Made by a program: the position numbers and the translations under genes. Shown piece by piece: positions 1-8,758 of a stretch of 64,000 nt of DNA. Each line of letters starts with the position of its first letter. Position 1 is the stretch's first letter. The notes beneath the pieces were generated by a model, which saw only the letters and a list, made by a program, of their open reading frames with translations, was not told the origin of the DNA and made no database searches. The DNA is from an uncultured Gemmatimonadales bacterium (lineage in GTDB: Bacteria > Gemmatimonadota > Gemmatimonadetes > Gemmatimonadales > GWC2-71-9). Location: positions 736,001-800,000 of the forward strand of contig CAVZZO010000001.1 in the NCBI GenBank assembly GCA_963779755.1. Direction: 5' to 3'.

Positions 1-2
1 TG

Positions 3-2633
3 GTCTCCGCCACCGACGAGGGGGGGAAAGCCGTTTCCGGCAAATCGGTGAACTTCACGGTGACCGCCGGCGGGGGCCAGTTGAGTCTGGCTCAGGCGGT
101 CACGGATGTGGCCGGCCGGGCCAAGGTCACCTGGACCCTCGGCTCCACCGCCGGCAGTCCCCAGACGGCCGAAGCCCACGCGGCTAGCGACGGGCACCTC
201 ATCGGGCAGTTCAGCGCCACCGTAACAGCGGGCCCTCCTGCGAGCATCACCGCCCTTCAGGGCGACAGTCAGTCGGTTACCGCTGGCCTCCCCGTCGCTC
301 TGGCGCTCAAGGTGAAGGTCGCCGATCAATTCGGAAACCCGGTCACTGGTCGCGGGGTCACCCTTCAGGTTACTGCCGGCGGCGGCAGCCTGACCGGCAG
401 CTCGGCCACGACGGATGCCGCCGGTACCGCCACGCTTGCCGGCTGGACGCTGGGGGACTCGGCCGGCACCAACACCTGTACCGCGACCGTCGCCGGAACG
501 CCGCTCACGAGGAAGTTCACCGCCACGGGGCTCCGCCCCGTGCTGGCGCTGAGCACTCCGCCCTCTTCCACCGCGCAAAGCGGGGTCCCCCTGGCGCAGC
601 AGCCGGTGGTGCAGGTGACCGATGGCCAGGGCAACAGCGTGCCGCTGCGAAGCCGGCTTGTCACGGCCTTCATCACCGGGGGAAGCGACTCGGTACTCGG
701 TACCAGTACGGTGGCCACCGATTCCACCGGCCGTGCCACCTTTACGGACCTCGCGGTGGCCGGCTCCGTCGGCTCCCCGACCCTGGGCTTCAGCTCTTCC
801 GGCATGCAGAGCGTAACTCCCCTGCCCATTGCCCTGAGCGCCGGCCCCGCCGCCGTGGTCAATGTCTACGAAGGCAACAACCAGACGACTGTGGCCGGCT
901 TCCCGGTGTCGATTCCCCCGGCTGTCCAACTCACTGACCAGCAAGGGAACCCGATTCCCGGCCAGGGGGTCACCTTCGCAGTGACGCTTGGCGGGGGGTC
1001 AATCACCGGGGCCTCGCAGACCACCGATGCGCAGGGCATTGCCCGGGTGGGCAGCTGGATGCTGGGGCCGAACAACGGCACCAACCAGCTGACGGCGACG
1101 GTTGCCGATCCCGGCATCGCCGGAAACCCGGTGACCTTTACTGCCACCGCGGCTCCGCCCGTGCTGGGGCTCGCCACCCCGCCGCCGTCGTGGACTCTGA
1201 GCGGGGCGACACTTTCGCCGCAGCCGGTGATACAGATTCAGGATGAGACCGGGAGTTCCATCGCTCTTTCCGGCAAGGTGGTCACCGTCAGCCTGACGTC
1301 CGGATCCGGTAGCCTGGGCGGTACCACCACGGCCACTACCGACGCCACCGGCAAGGCGGTCTGGACGGACCTGGCCCTGACCGGGCCGGTCGGTCCCTAC
1401 ACCCTCTCTTTCTCCGCGACCGGGATGCAGACGATAACCGCCGCGATTTCGATTACTACCGGCCCACCCACCACCCTGGCGCTCAACGGAGGCAGCGGCC
1501 AGAGCGCGCAGGCGGGAACCACGCTGCCGGTGGCGCCTTCGGTGAAGGTGACCGATGCCAACGGCAATCCGGTCGGGGGAGTTCCGGTATCCTTTCAGGT
1601 CACCACCGGCGGCGGCAGTGTGACCGGCGGCAGTGCCACTACGGATGGAACCGGGGTGGCTACCGTGGGTTCCTGGACGCTGGGGCCGCAGAGCGGCACC
1701 AATACGCTGACCGTCACCTCCACCGATCCCGGCCTGGGCGGCCAGCAGGTTCTGATCTCCGCCACTGCGACGGGCAACTTCTGGCGTTCGCTGGCCGGCG
1801 AGCCTGTCGGTCTCCTCTACTCGGCATCGGGGATCAGCAACGGACTCCTCTACGTGGCGGGCGGCAAGGACAGCACGCTCGCCATCAGGCCGTTGCTGGA
1901 GGTTTATGACCCGGCCACCAACACCTGGGCCACGCGCGCCACCATGCCGACGGCCCGGGCTGCCGGCGCGGGCGGCTTCCTCAACGGGGTCTTCTATCTC
2001 AGCGGGGGCGTGCTCTCCGACAGCACTGGCTCCAACGCGATGGAGGCGTACAACCCCCAGACCAACACCTGGACCGCCGGCCTGGCGCCGCAGCCCTTCG
2101 TCGGCGGTTACTCGGCCAGCGCGGTGCTGAACGGAAAACTCTATGTTGCCGGCGGCGGCGCGCCCACCGGCGCCCAGGAATCCGGTCTGGAGGTGTACGA
2201 TCCCGCGACTGATTCCTGGTCCAGCAAAGCGCCCCTGCCGGCGAGTCGCAAGTATGCCTCGGGCGTGGTTCTGAACGGGAAACTCTATGTGGTGGGCGGA
2301 TTGCAGGGCACGCTGCTGGACGGTGCGCTCCTGGTGTACGACCCGCAGACCGATTCCTGGTCCAGCGGGGCCTCCATGCCCACGCCGCGCTACCTCGCGA
2401 ACGCGGCAGCCATCAACGGGAAGATCTATGTTGCCGGCGGGCTGCTCAGTGTGAGTTCCAATACCCCGGTCGTGGAGGTATATGACCCCACCACCGATTC
2501 GTGGAGCACGGTAGCTCCCATGCCCATGGGTCGGGACGGGTCGGCCACGGCGGCTATCAACGGACTCCTCTACGTGGCTGGAGGGAAGCCTACAGACAAC
2601 ATTACGGGGCGCACCTCGGTGTACGTCCCCTGA
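3..2633 (+). CDS. Surface/secreted protein with repeated Ig-like (invasin/intimin Big_1-like) domains and a C-terminal Kelch beta-propeller; 5' end lies outside the window
   Basis: The frame is open from the window start. Repeated VxFxVTxGGGS...TDxxGxA..WTLG units are followed by about six Kelch repeats (NGKLYVAGG...VYDPxTDSW). Confidence 0.85.
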   Translation, partial: VSATDEGGKAVSGKSVNFTVTAGGGQLSLAQAVTDVAGRAKVTWTLGSTAGSPQTAEAHAASDGHLIGQFSATVTAGPPASITALQGDSQSVTAGLPVALALKVKVADQFGNPVTGRGVTLQVTAGGGSLTGSSATTDAAGTATLAGWTLGDSAGTNTCTATVAGTPLTRKFTATGLRPVLALSTPPSSTAQSGVPLAQQPVVQVTDGQGNSVPLRSRLVTAFITGGSDSVLGTSTVATDSTGRATFTDLAVAGSVGSPTLGFSSSGMQSVTPLPIALSAGPAAVVNVYEGNNQTTVAGFPVSIPPAVQLTDQQGNPIPGQGVTFAVTLGGGSITGASQTTDAQGIARVGSWMLGPNNGTNQLTATVADPGIAGNPVTFTATAAPPVLGLATPPPSWTLSGATLSPQPVIQIQDETGSSIALSGKVVTVSLTSGSGSLGGTTTATTDATGKAVWTDLALTGPVGPYTLSFSATGMQTITAAISITTGPPTTLALNGGSGQSAQAGTTLPVAPSVKVTDANGNPVGGVPVSFQVTTGGGSVTGGSATTDGTGVATVGSWTLGPQSGTNTLTVTSTDPGLGGQQVLISATATGNFWRSLAGEPVGLLYSASGISNGLLYVAGGKDSTLAIRPLLEVYDPATNTWATRATMPTARAAGAGGFLNGVFYLSGGVLSDSTGSNAMEAYNPQTNTWTAGLAPQPFVGGYSASAVLNGKLYVAGGGAPTGAQESGLEVYDPATDSWSSKAPLPASRKYASGVVLNGKLYVVGGLQGTLLDGALLVYDPQTDSWSSGASMPTPRYLANAAAINGKIYVAGGLLSVSSNTPVVEVYDPTTDSWSTVAPMPMGRDGSATAAINGLLYVAGGKPTDNITGRTSVYVP

Positions 2634-2653
2634 TTCGAAGCGCCTCGCAGTAC

Positions 2654-2688
2654 GAAGCCGGCGGCCCCCCTGGGAGTCGCCGGTCTTC
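2654..2688. terminator. Imperfect GC-rich hairpin between convergent genes, possible bidirectional terminator
   Basis: GAAGCCGGCGGCCCCC / GGGAGTCGCCGGTCTTC inverted repeat between the stops at 2633 and 2708; no strong U tract. Confidence 0.4.
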
Positions 2689-2707
2689 GCTGCTGGCCTG
2701 TCACGCC

Positions 2708-3808
2708 TCAGAAGAACTCCCGGGCCAGCCGCCACGCGATGCCGACGAACGGCTGGTCCGTGTTGGTGAGCAGCGCGACGATGAGGCGCTGCTCGGGGTA
2801 GATCAGCAGCATGGCGGTGCCGCCGACCGAGCCGCCGCTGTGGGAGATCACCCGGCGGCCGGCGGAATCGGTGCCCACCGCCCAGCCGATGCCGTATCCC
2901 GTCGCCTTGCCGTCGCGGGTGTGCTGCGAGCTCCAGAGCAGCTGTATGGTCTCCGGCTTCAGGAACCCGGGCTCAAGGTACGCCTCGGCATAACGGACCA
3001 GGTCTTCCGTGGTGGAGACGAAGCCGCCCCCCGCCCACTTGTAGCTGTTGTCCACCCAGGCGGCGTTGACTTCCGGCCCGCTGGAGTCGCGGGTATAGAA
3101 GCGCGCCCGCCAGGGAATCAGGCTGTCGGGAAACTCGGCGACGGTGTGGGTCATTCCCAGGGGAAGAAAGACCTGTTCCCGCATGTAGCGGAGATAAGGC
3201 TCGCCCGAGGCTCCTTCCACCACGGCGCTCACCAGCGCGTATCCGTAGGTGCTGTAGTAATACCGGGTGCCGGGCTCGAACAGCAGGGTGTCGTTCTCGA
3301 AAATCGAGAGGCCGGCGGTGACGGAGTTGTAGTGCCGGGCGCTGTAGAACTCCTCACCCCGGTAGTGCCGGATACCGGCCAGGTGGCCGGCCACCTGGCG
3401 CGTGGTGATGGGCCACCGCTTAACCGGAAACGACGGCACATAGCGCTGGACCGGCGCATCCAGGTCCAGCCGGCCGCGTTCCCACAACTGGCCCACCGCG
3501 GCGGCGGTGAGTGACTTGGAGATGCTCCCCACCCGAAAGCGCGTGAGCGCCGTGGCCGGCACCCGCTGCTCCAGATCGGCGTAGCCGAATCCCTCGCTCC
3601 AGATCACTGCGCCGTCTTTCATGACGGTCACCGATACCCCGGGGATATCCGCCCTTCGCATACTGTCGACCAGCAGCCGTCGCGCGGCGGCCACCCGGGC
3701 AGCCCAGGCGGCCGGGGTGGGCGAGAGCACGTAGCCGCTGTCCTGCGCGGCTCCGGGGGCGGGGACCAGGAGCAGCATGCCGGCCAGAACGAGGAGAGAT
3801 TTGCGCAT
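2708..3808 (-). CDS. Secreted serine hydrolase, beta-lactamase/PBP-like (AmpC-type) family
   Basis: Signal peptide; SxxK (GSISKS), YSTY and HSGG motifs. Confidence 0.9.
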   Translation of the reverse strand: MRKSLLVLAGMLLLVPAPGAAQDSGYVLSPTPAAWAARVAAARRLLVDSMRRADIPGVSVTVMKDGAVIWSEGFGYADLEQRVPATALTRFRVGSISKSLTAAAVGQLWERGRLDLDAPVQRYVPSFPVKRWPITTRQVAGHLAGIRHYRGEEFYSARHYNSVTAGLSIFENDTLLFEPGTRYYYSTYGYALVSAVVEGASGEPYLRYMREQVFLPLGMTHTVAEFPDSLIPWRARFYTRDSSGPEVNAAWVDNSYKWAGGGFVSTTEDLVRYAEAYLEPGFLKPETIQLLWSSQHTRDGKATGYGIGWAVGTDSAGRRVISHSGGSVGGTAMLLIYPEQRLIVALLTNTDQPFVGIAWRLAREFF

Positions 3809-3848
3809 GGGAACCGGGAAGCGGGAAAGGGGAAACGCGGCGCCGGAA

Positions 3849-4607
3849 TCAGGTGACCCGTCCGGCGCGCAGCGCGAGTGGCCAGGTTACCCGGCGTGGG
3901 GCGTCCGGACGGTCCCAGAGCGGCAGCAGCTGGCGCTCCAGCCCGGTTACGGGATCGTCGCCGCGCTCGGCCCGGTAGCGGACCACCGCCGACCAGGTCC
4001 GCACGTAACCCAGAAAGTGGTCCAGCGTCCAGTCGCAGGCGATCTCCAACGCAGGGGCCGGCAGTTCGGGGAAGGGGAAGGGCACCCCCGCGTAGCCGCT
4101 ATCCACCATGTGTCGCTCCGGAGGCCACCAGGGGCCGATGGTCTGGTCGTAGAAGACGCCCATGCAGCGGTCGATCGCGGAGGTCACCCGCGCCCGTCCG
4201 TAGGTCCAGACCGCGAGCACGCCGCCCGGCTTGAGCACCCGCCGCGCTTCGGCAAAGAACGGCTCCAGCGGAAACCAGTGCAGCGCCTGCGCGACGCTGA
4301 CCAGGTCGGCCGATCCATCCGCCAGCGCGCTCCGCTGGGCCAGCGCCAGGTGATAGTGGATGCCCGGACGCCGGACGGCGTGGGCCAGCTGCCGCCGGCT
4401 GGCATCGCTGGCGGCCACGCGGTCGAAATGGTCCACCAGGGCGGCGGCGGCCTGCCCCGTTCCGGTGCCGCAGTCCCACGCCAGCCGCCGCGCCGGAGCC
4501 ATGCCGGCGAGGAACTCGAACAGCGCCGCCGGATAGCCCGGGCGGCAGGCCGCATAGCTGCCGGAGACCGCCTGGAACCGGTCGCGAAAATGGGCCGGGC
4601 CGCTCAT
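3849..4607 (-). CDS. Class I SAM-dependent methyltransferase
   Basis: WDCGTGTGQ motif I; AQALHWF; RVLKPGG. Confidence 0.9.
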   Translation of the reverse strand: MSGPAHFRDRFQAVSGSYAACRPGYPAALFEFLAGMAPARRLAWDCGTGTGQAAAALVDHFDRVAASDASRRQLAHAVRRPGIHYHLALAQRSALADGSADLVSVAQALHWFPLEPFFAEARRVLKPGGVLAVWTYGRARVTSAIDRCMGVFYDQTIGPWWPPERHMVDSGYAGVPFPFPELPAPALEIACDWTLDHFLGYVRTWSAVVRYRAERGDDPVTGLERQLLPLWDRPDAPRRVTWPLALRAGRVT

Positions 4608-5248
4608 ACCGACCGGGCGATGAGATACTGGGCCAGCCAGTACGTCACCAGAATGACGACCTGGCTGTGGCGCAGCGGCCGGCGGAAGCGATCCAGCGCC
4701 AGCACGGTATCGGATATCAGGAAGAGCACCGCGCCGGCCAGTGCGAGCAGCGCCGGCTGGCTCCGCATCTGCAGCCAGCGTTCATCCGCCTGCCATACCA
4801 TGAGGAGGATAGCGGCGACATACACCAGGACCGGGCCGCGCATGCGCCCCAGGGTGGGCCAGAGCGTGCTCAGCACCAGTGCGCCTGAGCCGACCAGCAG
4901 AGCGGCAGGCAGCAGGCTCAGGCGCCATCCCGCGGCCGCGCCGAAGGCCGCGGCATAGCAGAGGTGCGTCACCAGGAAGCTGCCGAGTCCCGCGAGAAAG
5001 CGCTCGCGCGGCAGCATGAGCAGGACGTCGCCGAGCAGCGAGGCGCCCAGCCCCAGGACGATGAGTGGCCGGTAGGGGGCGGCGACCGAGCCGGGGAGCA
5101 CCAGCGCCAGGACCAGGATGAGCGCGGTGGTGAGCGGTTTGAAGATGTAGACCAGGAGCCGCGGGCCGGCGGCCGCTCCCTGGATGGCCGCCAGCGCGGC
5201 GAGGAGGATCGCCGCGCTCAGCGGGAGCGTCAGCGCCGCGCCATTCAC
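4604..5248 (-). CDS. YhhN/lysoplasmalogenase family membrane protein
   Basis: FKPL, GDVLL, FLAGLGSFLVTH, FLISDTVLA and YWLAQ motifs. Start re-called to GTG 5248, which overlaps the upstream stop (GTGA). Confidence 0.85.
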   Translation of the reverse strand: MNGAALTLPLSAAILLAALAAIQGAAAGPRLLVYIFKPLTTALILVLALVLPGSVAAPYRPLIVLGLGASLLGDVLLMLPRERFLAGLGSFLVTHLCYAAAFGAAAGWRLSLLPAALLVGSGALVLSTLWPTLGRMRGPVLVYVAAILLMVWQADERWLQMRSQPALLALAGAVLFLISDTVLALDRFRRPLRHSQVVILVTYWLAQYLIARSV

Positions 5249-5406
5249 GCGCCCCAGTGCTCCGCCAGCCGGCGGCCGAAGTACATGCCGAATCCGGAAG
5301 CGATGGTGCTCACAAAGAAGGCGGTCATGATGCCGAAGTGCGCCGCCGCCCACCAGCCGACGGAGCCCAGCACGGATGCGCCGGTAAACCCGAGGAGGCC
5401 CTTCAT
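5245..5406 (-). CDS. Small membrane protein (53 aa, two hydrophobic segments)
   Basis: MKGLLGFTGASVLGSVGWW...GMYFGRRLAEHWGA; its stop is coupled to the yhhN-like start. Confidence 0.65.
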   Translation of the reverse strand: MKGLLGFTGASVLGSVGWWAAAHFGIMTAFFVSTIASGFGMYFGRRLAEHWGA

Positions 5407-5509
5407 CGCTTTCCAACCTAAGGAGAAGGCGGCAGTGGGGAAAGCACTTGCGGCCGGGGAGCCGGCAGGGACAAGATGGTCCAGGCATCCCCGGAAAGCG
5501 GAGCATACC

Positions 5510-5725
5510 ATGGCTTCAGTTAATCAGGCCGCCAGGATCGCCGAAGCGGTTCGGCAGAGCTGCATCCAGGCCGCGCTGGACGGCTATGAAGACGCCGGCC
5601 AGCGGGGCCTCTGCCACGAGGGCGCGTGGGAAGCGGCGGTCGACGCCATCCGGAGGCTGGATCTGGCCCCATTGCTCCGAATGGCCGGCGATCCCGCGGA
5701 GGACACCGGGGCCGGTCCTCACTAG
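5510..5725 (+). CDS. Small conserved hypothetical protein (71 aa)
   Basis: GGAG RBS; AEAVRxxCIxAALxGYEDAGxxGLCxEGAWExAV pattern; lies 8 nt upstream of murB. Confidence 0.65.
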   Translation: MASVNQAARIAEAVRQSCIQAALDGYEDAGQRGLCHEGAWEAAVDAIRRLDLAPLLRMAGDPAEDTGAGPH

Positions 5726-5733
5726 AATTCGGT

Positions 5734-6810
5734 ATGCCCATCTCCGCCAGCCGCGTAGAGGAGCGGGTTCCGCTCGCGCCCTATACCACGCTCCGCCTGG
5801 GCGGCGCCGCCCGCTACTTCATGGAGGCCCGCAGCGAAGGGGAACTGCGCGACGCCCTTGCCTGGGCGGCGCAGCAGCGCCTGCCCGTCTGGATTCTGGG
5901 TGGCGGGAGCAATCTCATTGTGCCCGACGCCGGCCTGCCGGGACTGGTCATCCGGATCGCTATCGCCGGCGTGGAGTTCGCCCTGGCGGGGAGCGAGACC
6001 ATCCTCCGGGCCGGCGCCGGCGTGGACTGGGATGAGGTCGTCCGCCAGGCGGTCGAGCGCGGGCTGGCCGGCATCGAATGCCTCTCCGGCATTCCGGGGC
6101 TGGCCGGTGCCACGCCCATTCAGAACGTCGGCGCGTATGGGCAGGAGGTCGCCGACACGCTGGTCTCGGTGACCTGCCTCGACCGCGCCACGCTCGAGCC
6201 GGTGGAGTTCGGGGCGGCGGAATGCGACTTCGGCTACCGCCAGAGCCGGTTCAAGGGCCGCGACCGGGACCGCTTCGTGGTGACGGGTGTGACCTTTCGC
6301 CTGGGCGAACGGCGCCCCGAGCCGCGGTACCCCGAATTGCGCCGCGCGGTCGAGTCCAGCCCGGGCTACGCCGCCCTTCCCGACGCACGCGCGGTGGAGG
6401 CCGTCCGCGAGACCGTGCTGGGGCTGCGGCGCCGCAAGAGCATGGTACTGGATCCTGAGGATCCCAATACCCGGTCGGTCGGATCGTTCTTCACCAACCC
6501 GGTGCTGAGCGGCGACCAGCTGGAGCGGCTGGTCGAGCGCTGTCGCGGGCTGGAAGGTGGCGCCGTCATCCCCACCTTTCCGGCGGAGGACGGCCGGCTC
6601 AAAGTCCCGGCGGCGTGGCTGGTGGAGCAGGCCGGGTTCCGGCGGGGCTACCGCCGCGGCGGCGCCGGCATCTCCACCCGCCATGCCCTGGCGCTGGTGA
6701 ACCTCGGCGGCAGCACGGCGGAGCTGCTGGCGCTGGCGGCGGAAATCGAGCAGGGCGTGGCCGAGCGCTTCGGGGTCCGGCTGGAGCGCGAACCGGTGGA
6801 ACTGTCGTGA
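5734..6810 (+). CDS. murB: UDP-N-acetylenolpyruvoylglucosamine reductase
   Basis: LGGGSN, GIECLSGIPG, PIQNVGAYG, FGYRQSRFK, GSFFTNP, HALALVN and LEREP motifs. Confidence 0.95.
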   Translation: MPISASRVEERVPLAPYTTLRLGGAARYFMEARSEGELRDALAWAAQQRLPVWILGGGSNLIVPDAGLPGLVIRIAIAGVEFALAGSETILRAGAGVDWDEVVRQAVERGLAGIECLSGIPGLAGATPIQNVGAYGQEVADTLVSVTCLDRATLEPVEFGAAECDFGYRQSRFKGRDRDRFVVTGVTFRLGERRPEPRYPELRRAVESSPGYAALPDARAVEAVRETVLGLRRRKSMVLDPEDPNTRSVGSFFTNPVLSGDQLERLVERCRGLEGGAVIPTFPAEDGRLKVPAAWLVEQAGFRRGYRRGGAGISTRHALALVNLGGSTAELLALAAEIEQGVAERFGVRLEREPVELS

Positions 6811-6827
6811 GTGGCGATGCTCACGTT

Positions 6828-7166
6828 TCACACGTTATACCACACCCCATAGCCCTCCGCCCGCAGCTCCAGAGCCAGCTCCCGCTCGGTGAGTTCCGCC
6901 TCTTCCCGGGTCATGGGCGGATACATGTGATAGAAATCCGGCCGCAGGCGCACCCCGTACCGATAAACGAAGCGGTTCCCCTTCCGGCCCGTCAGGTGCC
7001 GGCCCAGTCGTTCTTCGGGAGAGAGGCAGGTGGAGCCGACGTAGAGGCAGAGCCGGCCTCGTTTGTATCCGGGATTCTCCCGGAGAAAGGCCCGCTCCTT
7101 CAGGACCTCGCGGTCCAGCTCGACCACATACACCCGGCAGTGGGCCGGAGGGTCCGGGGAAGACAT
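6828..7166 (-). CDS. Small GIY-YIG-nuclease-like protein
   Basis: VYVVEL...LYVGST..PEERL..H...A...E pattern of the GIY-YIG fold. Confidence 0.6.
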   Translation of the reverse strand: MSSPDPPAHCRVYVVELDREVLKERAFLRENPGYKRGRLCLYVGSTCLSPEERLGRHLTGRKGNRFVYRYGVRLRPDFYHMYPPMTREEAELTERELALELRAEGYGVWYNV

Positions 7167-7261
7167 CGCGCCCGGAGCATAGCAGCACCCCAACGAAAGA
7201 GGGAAGCGAGCCTGCCCGCTTCCCTCTCCCCTCTCTCTCCACGGTTCTCGTGTCTGAGGTT

Positions 7262-8383
7262 TTATCGGCTTGCCACCGCGTTGGGCCGGATCAACAGGTC
7301 GGCGAACAACCCCGCGTGGTCCGAGGGCCAGATGGGGAACGCCGGTCCCTGGATGCGATCGGAAGGCAGATACCCGGTTCGTGTGATCCGTCCCTGGAAT
7401 TTCGCGGCCGGGTCGGGATAGCGGGCCAGCACGTAATCGATCCGCTGGTCGAATTCCGACTGCGCCAGGAGGTTGGAAAGATCATCCGCATGACAGCAGG
7501 TCAGGCCCTCCACGCCGGGTCGCATGGCCAGCCACAGGTCGGTGAACCCCGCCCCCGCCCCGGTGAGCACCTGGTACATGGGCGAGCCGGGCAGGCCATT
7601 GAGGTCGCCCATCAGTACCACCGGAAGGGCGGTCTGGGTCGCCGCCACCAGCTCGGTGGCCTGAGCCGCCCGCAGCAGGTCGAGCCCGGGCTGCTGGCCC
7701 GAGGCCAGGTGGGTATTCACTACCAGGAAGACCCCCGCCGTCGTCGCCACCTGGGCCATGACATACCCGTCGACCAGGCTTACCCCCGGCGCGATGGTGC
7801 CGATGACTGCGGCGAAATCCTGCTCCACGGGCGTGCCGACCACGCTCGCCTGATCGGCATCGATCAGCAGCGCGTTATGGTCCGTCAGGCTGACGCCGGG
7901 CAGGGGATTGGCGGTGGTGGTCACAACCTGCGCTCCCACCTGATAATGCAGGCCGCGCTGGGCCAGGTCCTGCATCAGCACCGGCAGAAAGTCGAGGTGC
8001 TGCACGATCGGGATTCCCAGGCCGGTGAGGTCGATATCGAGCTTGGTGACTTCCTGCAGTCCGACCACCGCCGGCCGCAGCTTCGCGATTTCCGCCGCCA
8101 TAGCCTGGGCCCGCGTCGGATAATCGGTTTCCTGCAGCGCCTGGATGGCGGTAAGCAGAGCCGGGAGATCGTCGTTGGGGTCGGGGCTCACCAGGGCGGT
8201 AATGACGGCGTCGGCGTCGGCGCCGATGTACATGTTGCGGCTGAGGAAGCCGGTGTGGCTCGCTCCCTCGGCCATGGCGGGCAGGGCAGCGGAACCCGCC
8301 GACGGTCCCATCGGAGAATCGTCAGAACAGGCTGCCAGCAGTCCGAGAGCCAGGACCGCTGACGGCAGGAGCAGGGGTCGCAT
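7262..8383 (-). CDS. Endonuclease/exonuclease/phosphatase (EEP) family lipoprotein
   Basis: Lipobox LAAC; SRN, GLQE, NTHL, GDLN, RIDY and PSDH motifs. Confidence 0.9.
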   Translation of the reverse strand: MRPLLLPSAVLALGLLAACSDDSPMGPSAGSAALPAMAEGASHTGFLSRNMYIGADADAVITALVSPDPNDDLPALLTAIQALQETDYPTRAQAMAAEIAKLRPAVVGLQEVTKLDIDLTGLGIPIVQHLDFLPVLMQDLAQRGLHYQVGAQVVTTTANPLPGVSLTDHNALLIDADQASVVGTPVEQDFAAVIGTIAPGVSLVDGYVMAQVATTAGVFLVVNTHLASGQQPGLDLLRAAQATELVAATQTALPVVLMGDLNGLPGSPMYQVLTGAGAGFTDLWLAMRPGVEGLTCCHADDLSNLLAQSEFDQRIDYVLARYPDPAAKFQGRITRTGYLPSDRIQGPAFPIWPSDHAGLFADLLIRPNAVASR

Positions 8384-8524
8384 CGGTGTCTCCGGATTGA
8401 GGGTGCGCGCGGCAATCGGCCCTAACTTGGCGGAAGGCAGTCAAGCGACGGTCAAGTCCCTGTGTGAAGGCATCTTCATGCCCGCTTCGTGAAGCCTTCT
8501 CGGGCTTTTCCCACCTTTCTGGTC

Positions 8525-8758
8525 ATGATTTCCACCCTGGCCGATCTGCCCGCCGGCACCGAGGCAACGCTGGAGCGGCTGGAGCTCGAGCCCGATGCGT
8601 CGATCCGCCTGATGGAGCTGGGCTTCTATCCCGGCGCGACGGTGCTGGCGGTTGGCGCGGCTCCAGGCGGCGATCCGCGGGTATTCCGGGTGGACGGGGC
8701 CGATGTAGCCCTGCGGCGGGAAACCGCCCGCCGGGTCCTGCTGCGGGACACGGCGTGA
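8525..8758 (+). CDS. feoA: Ferrous iron transport protein A
   Basis: RLMELGFYPG...APGGDP...ALRR; its stop overlaps the feoB GTG. Confidence 0.9.
   Translation: MISTLADLPAGTEATLERLELEPDASIRLMELGFYPGATVLAVGAAPGGDPRVFRVDGADVALRRETARRVLLRDTA

Noticed and set aside
2708..3808. Antibiotic-resistance beta-lactamase
   Set aside because: Only generic serine-hydrolase family motifs; no evidence for beta-lactam specificity.
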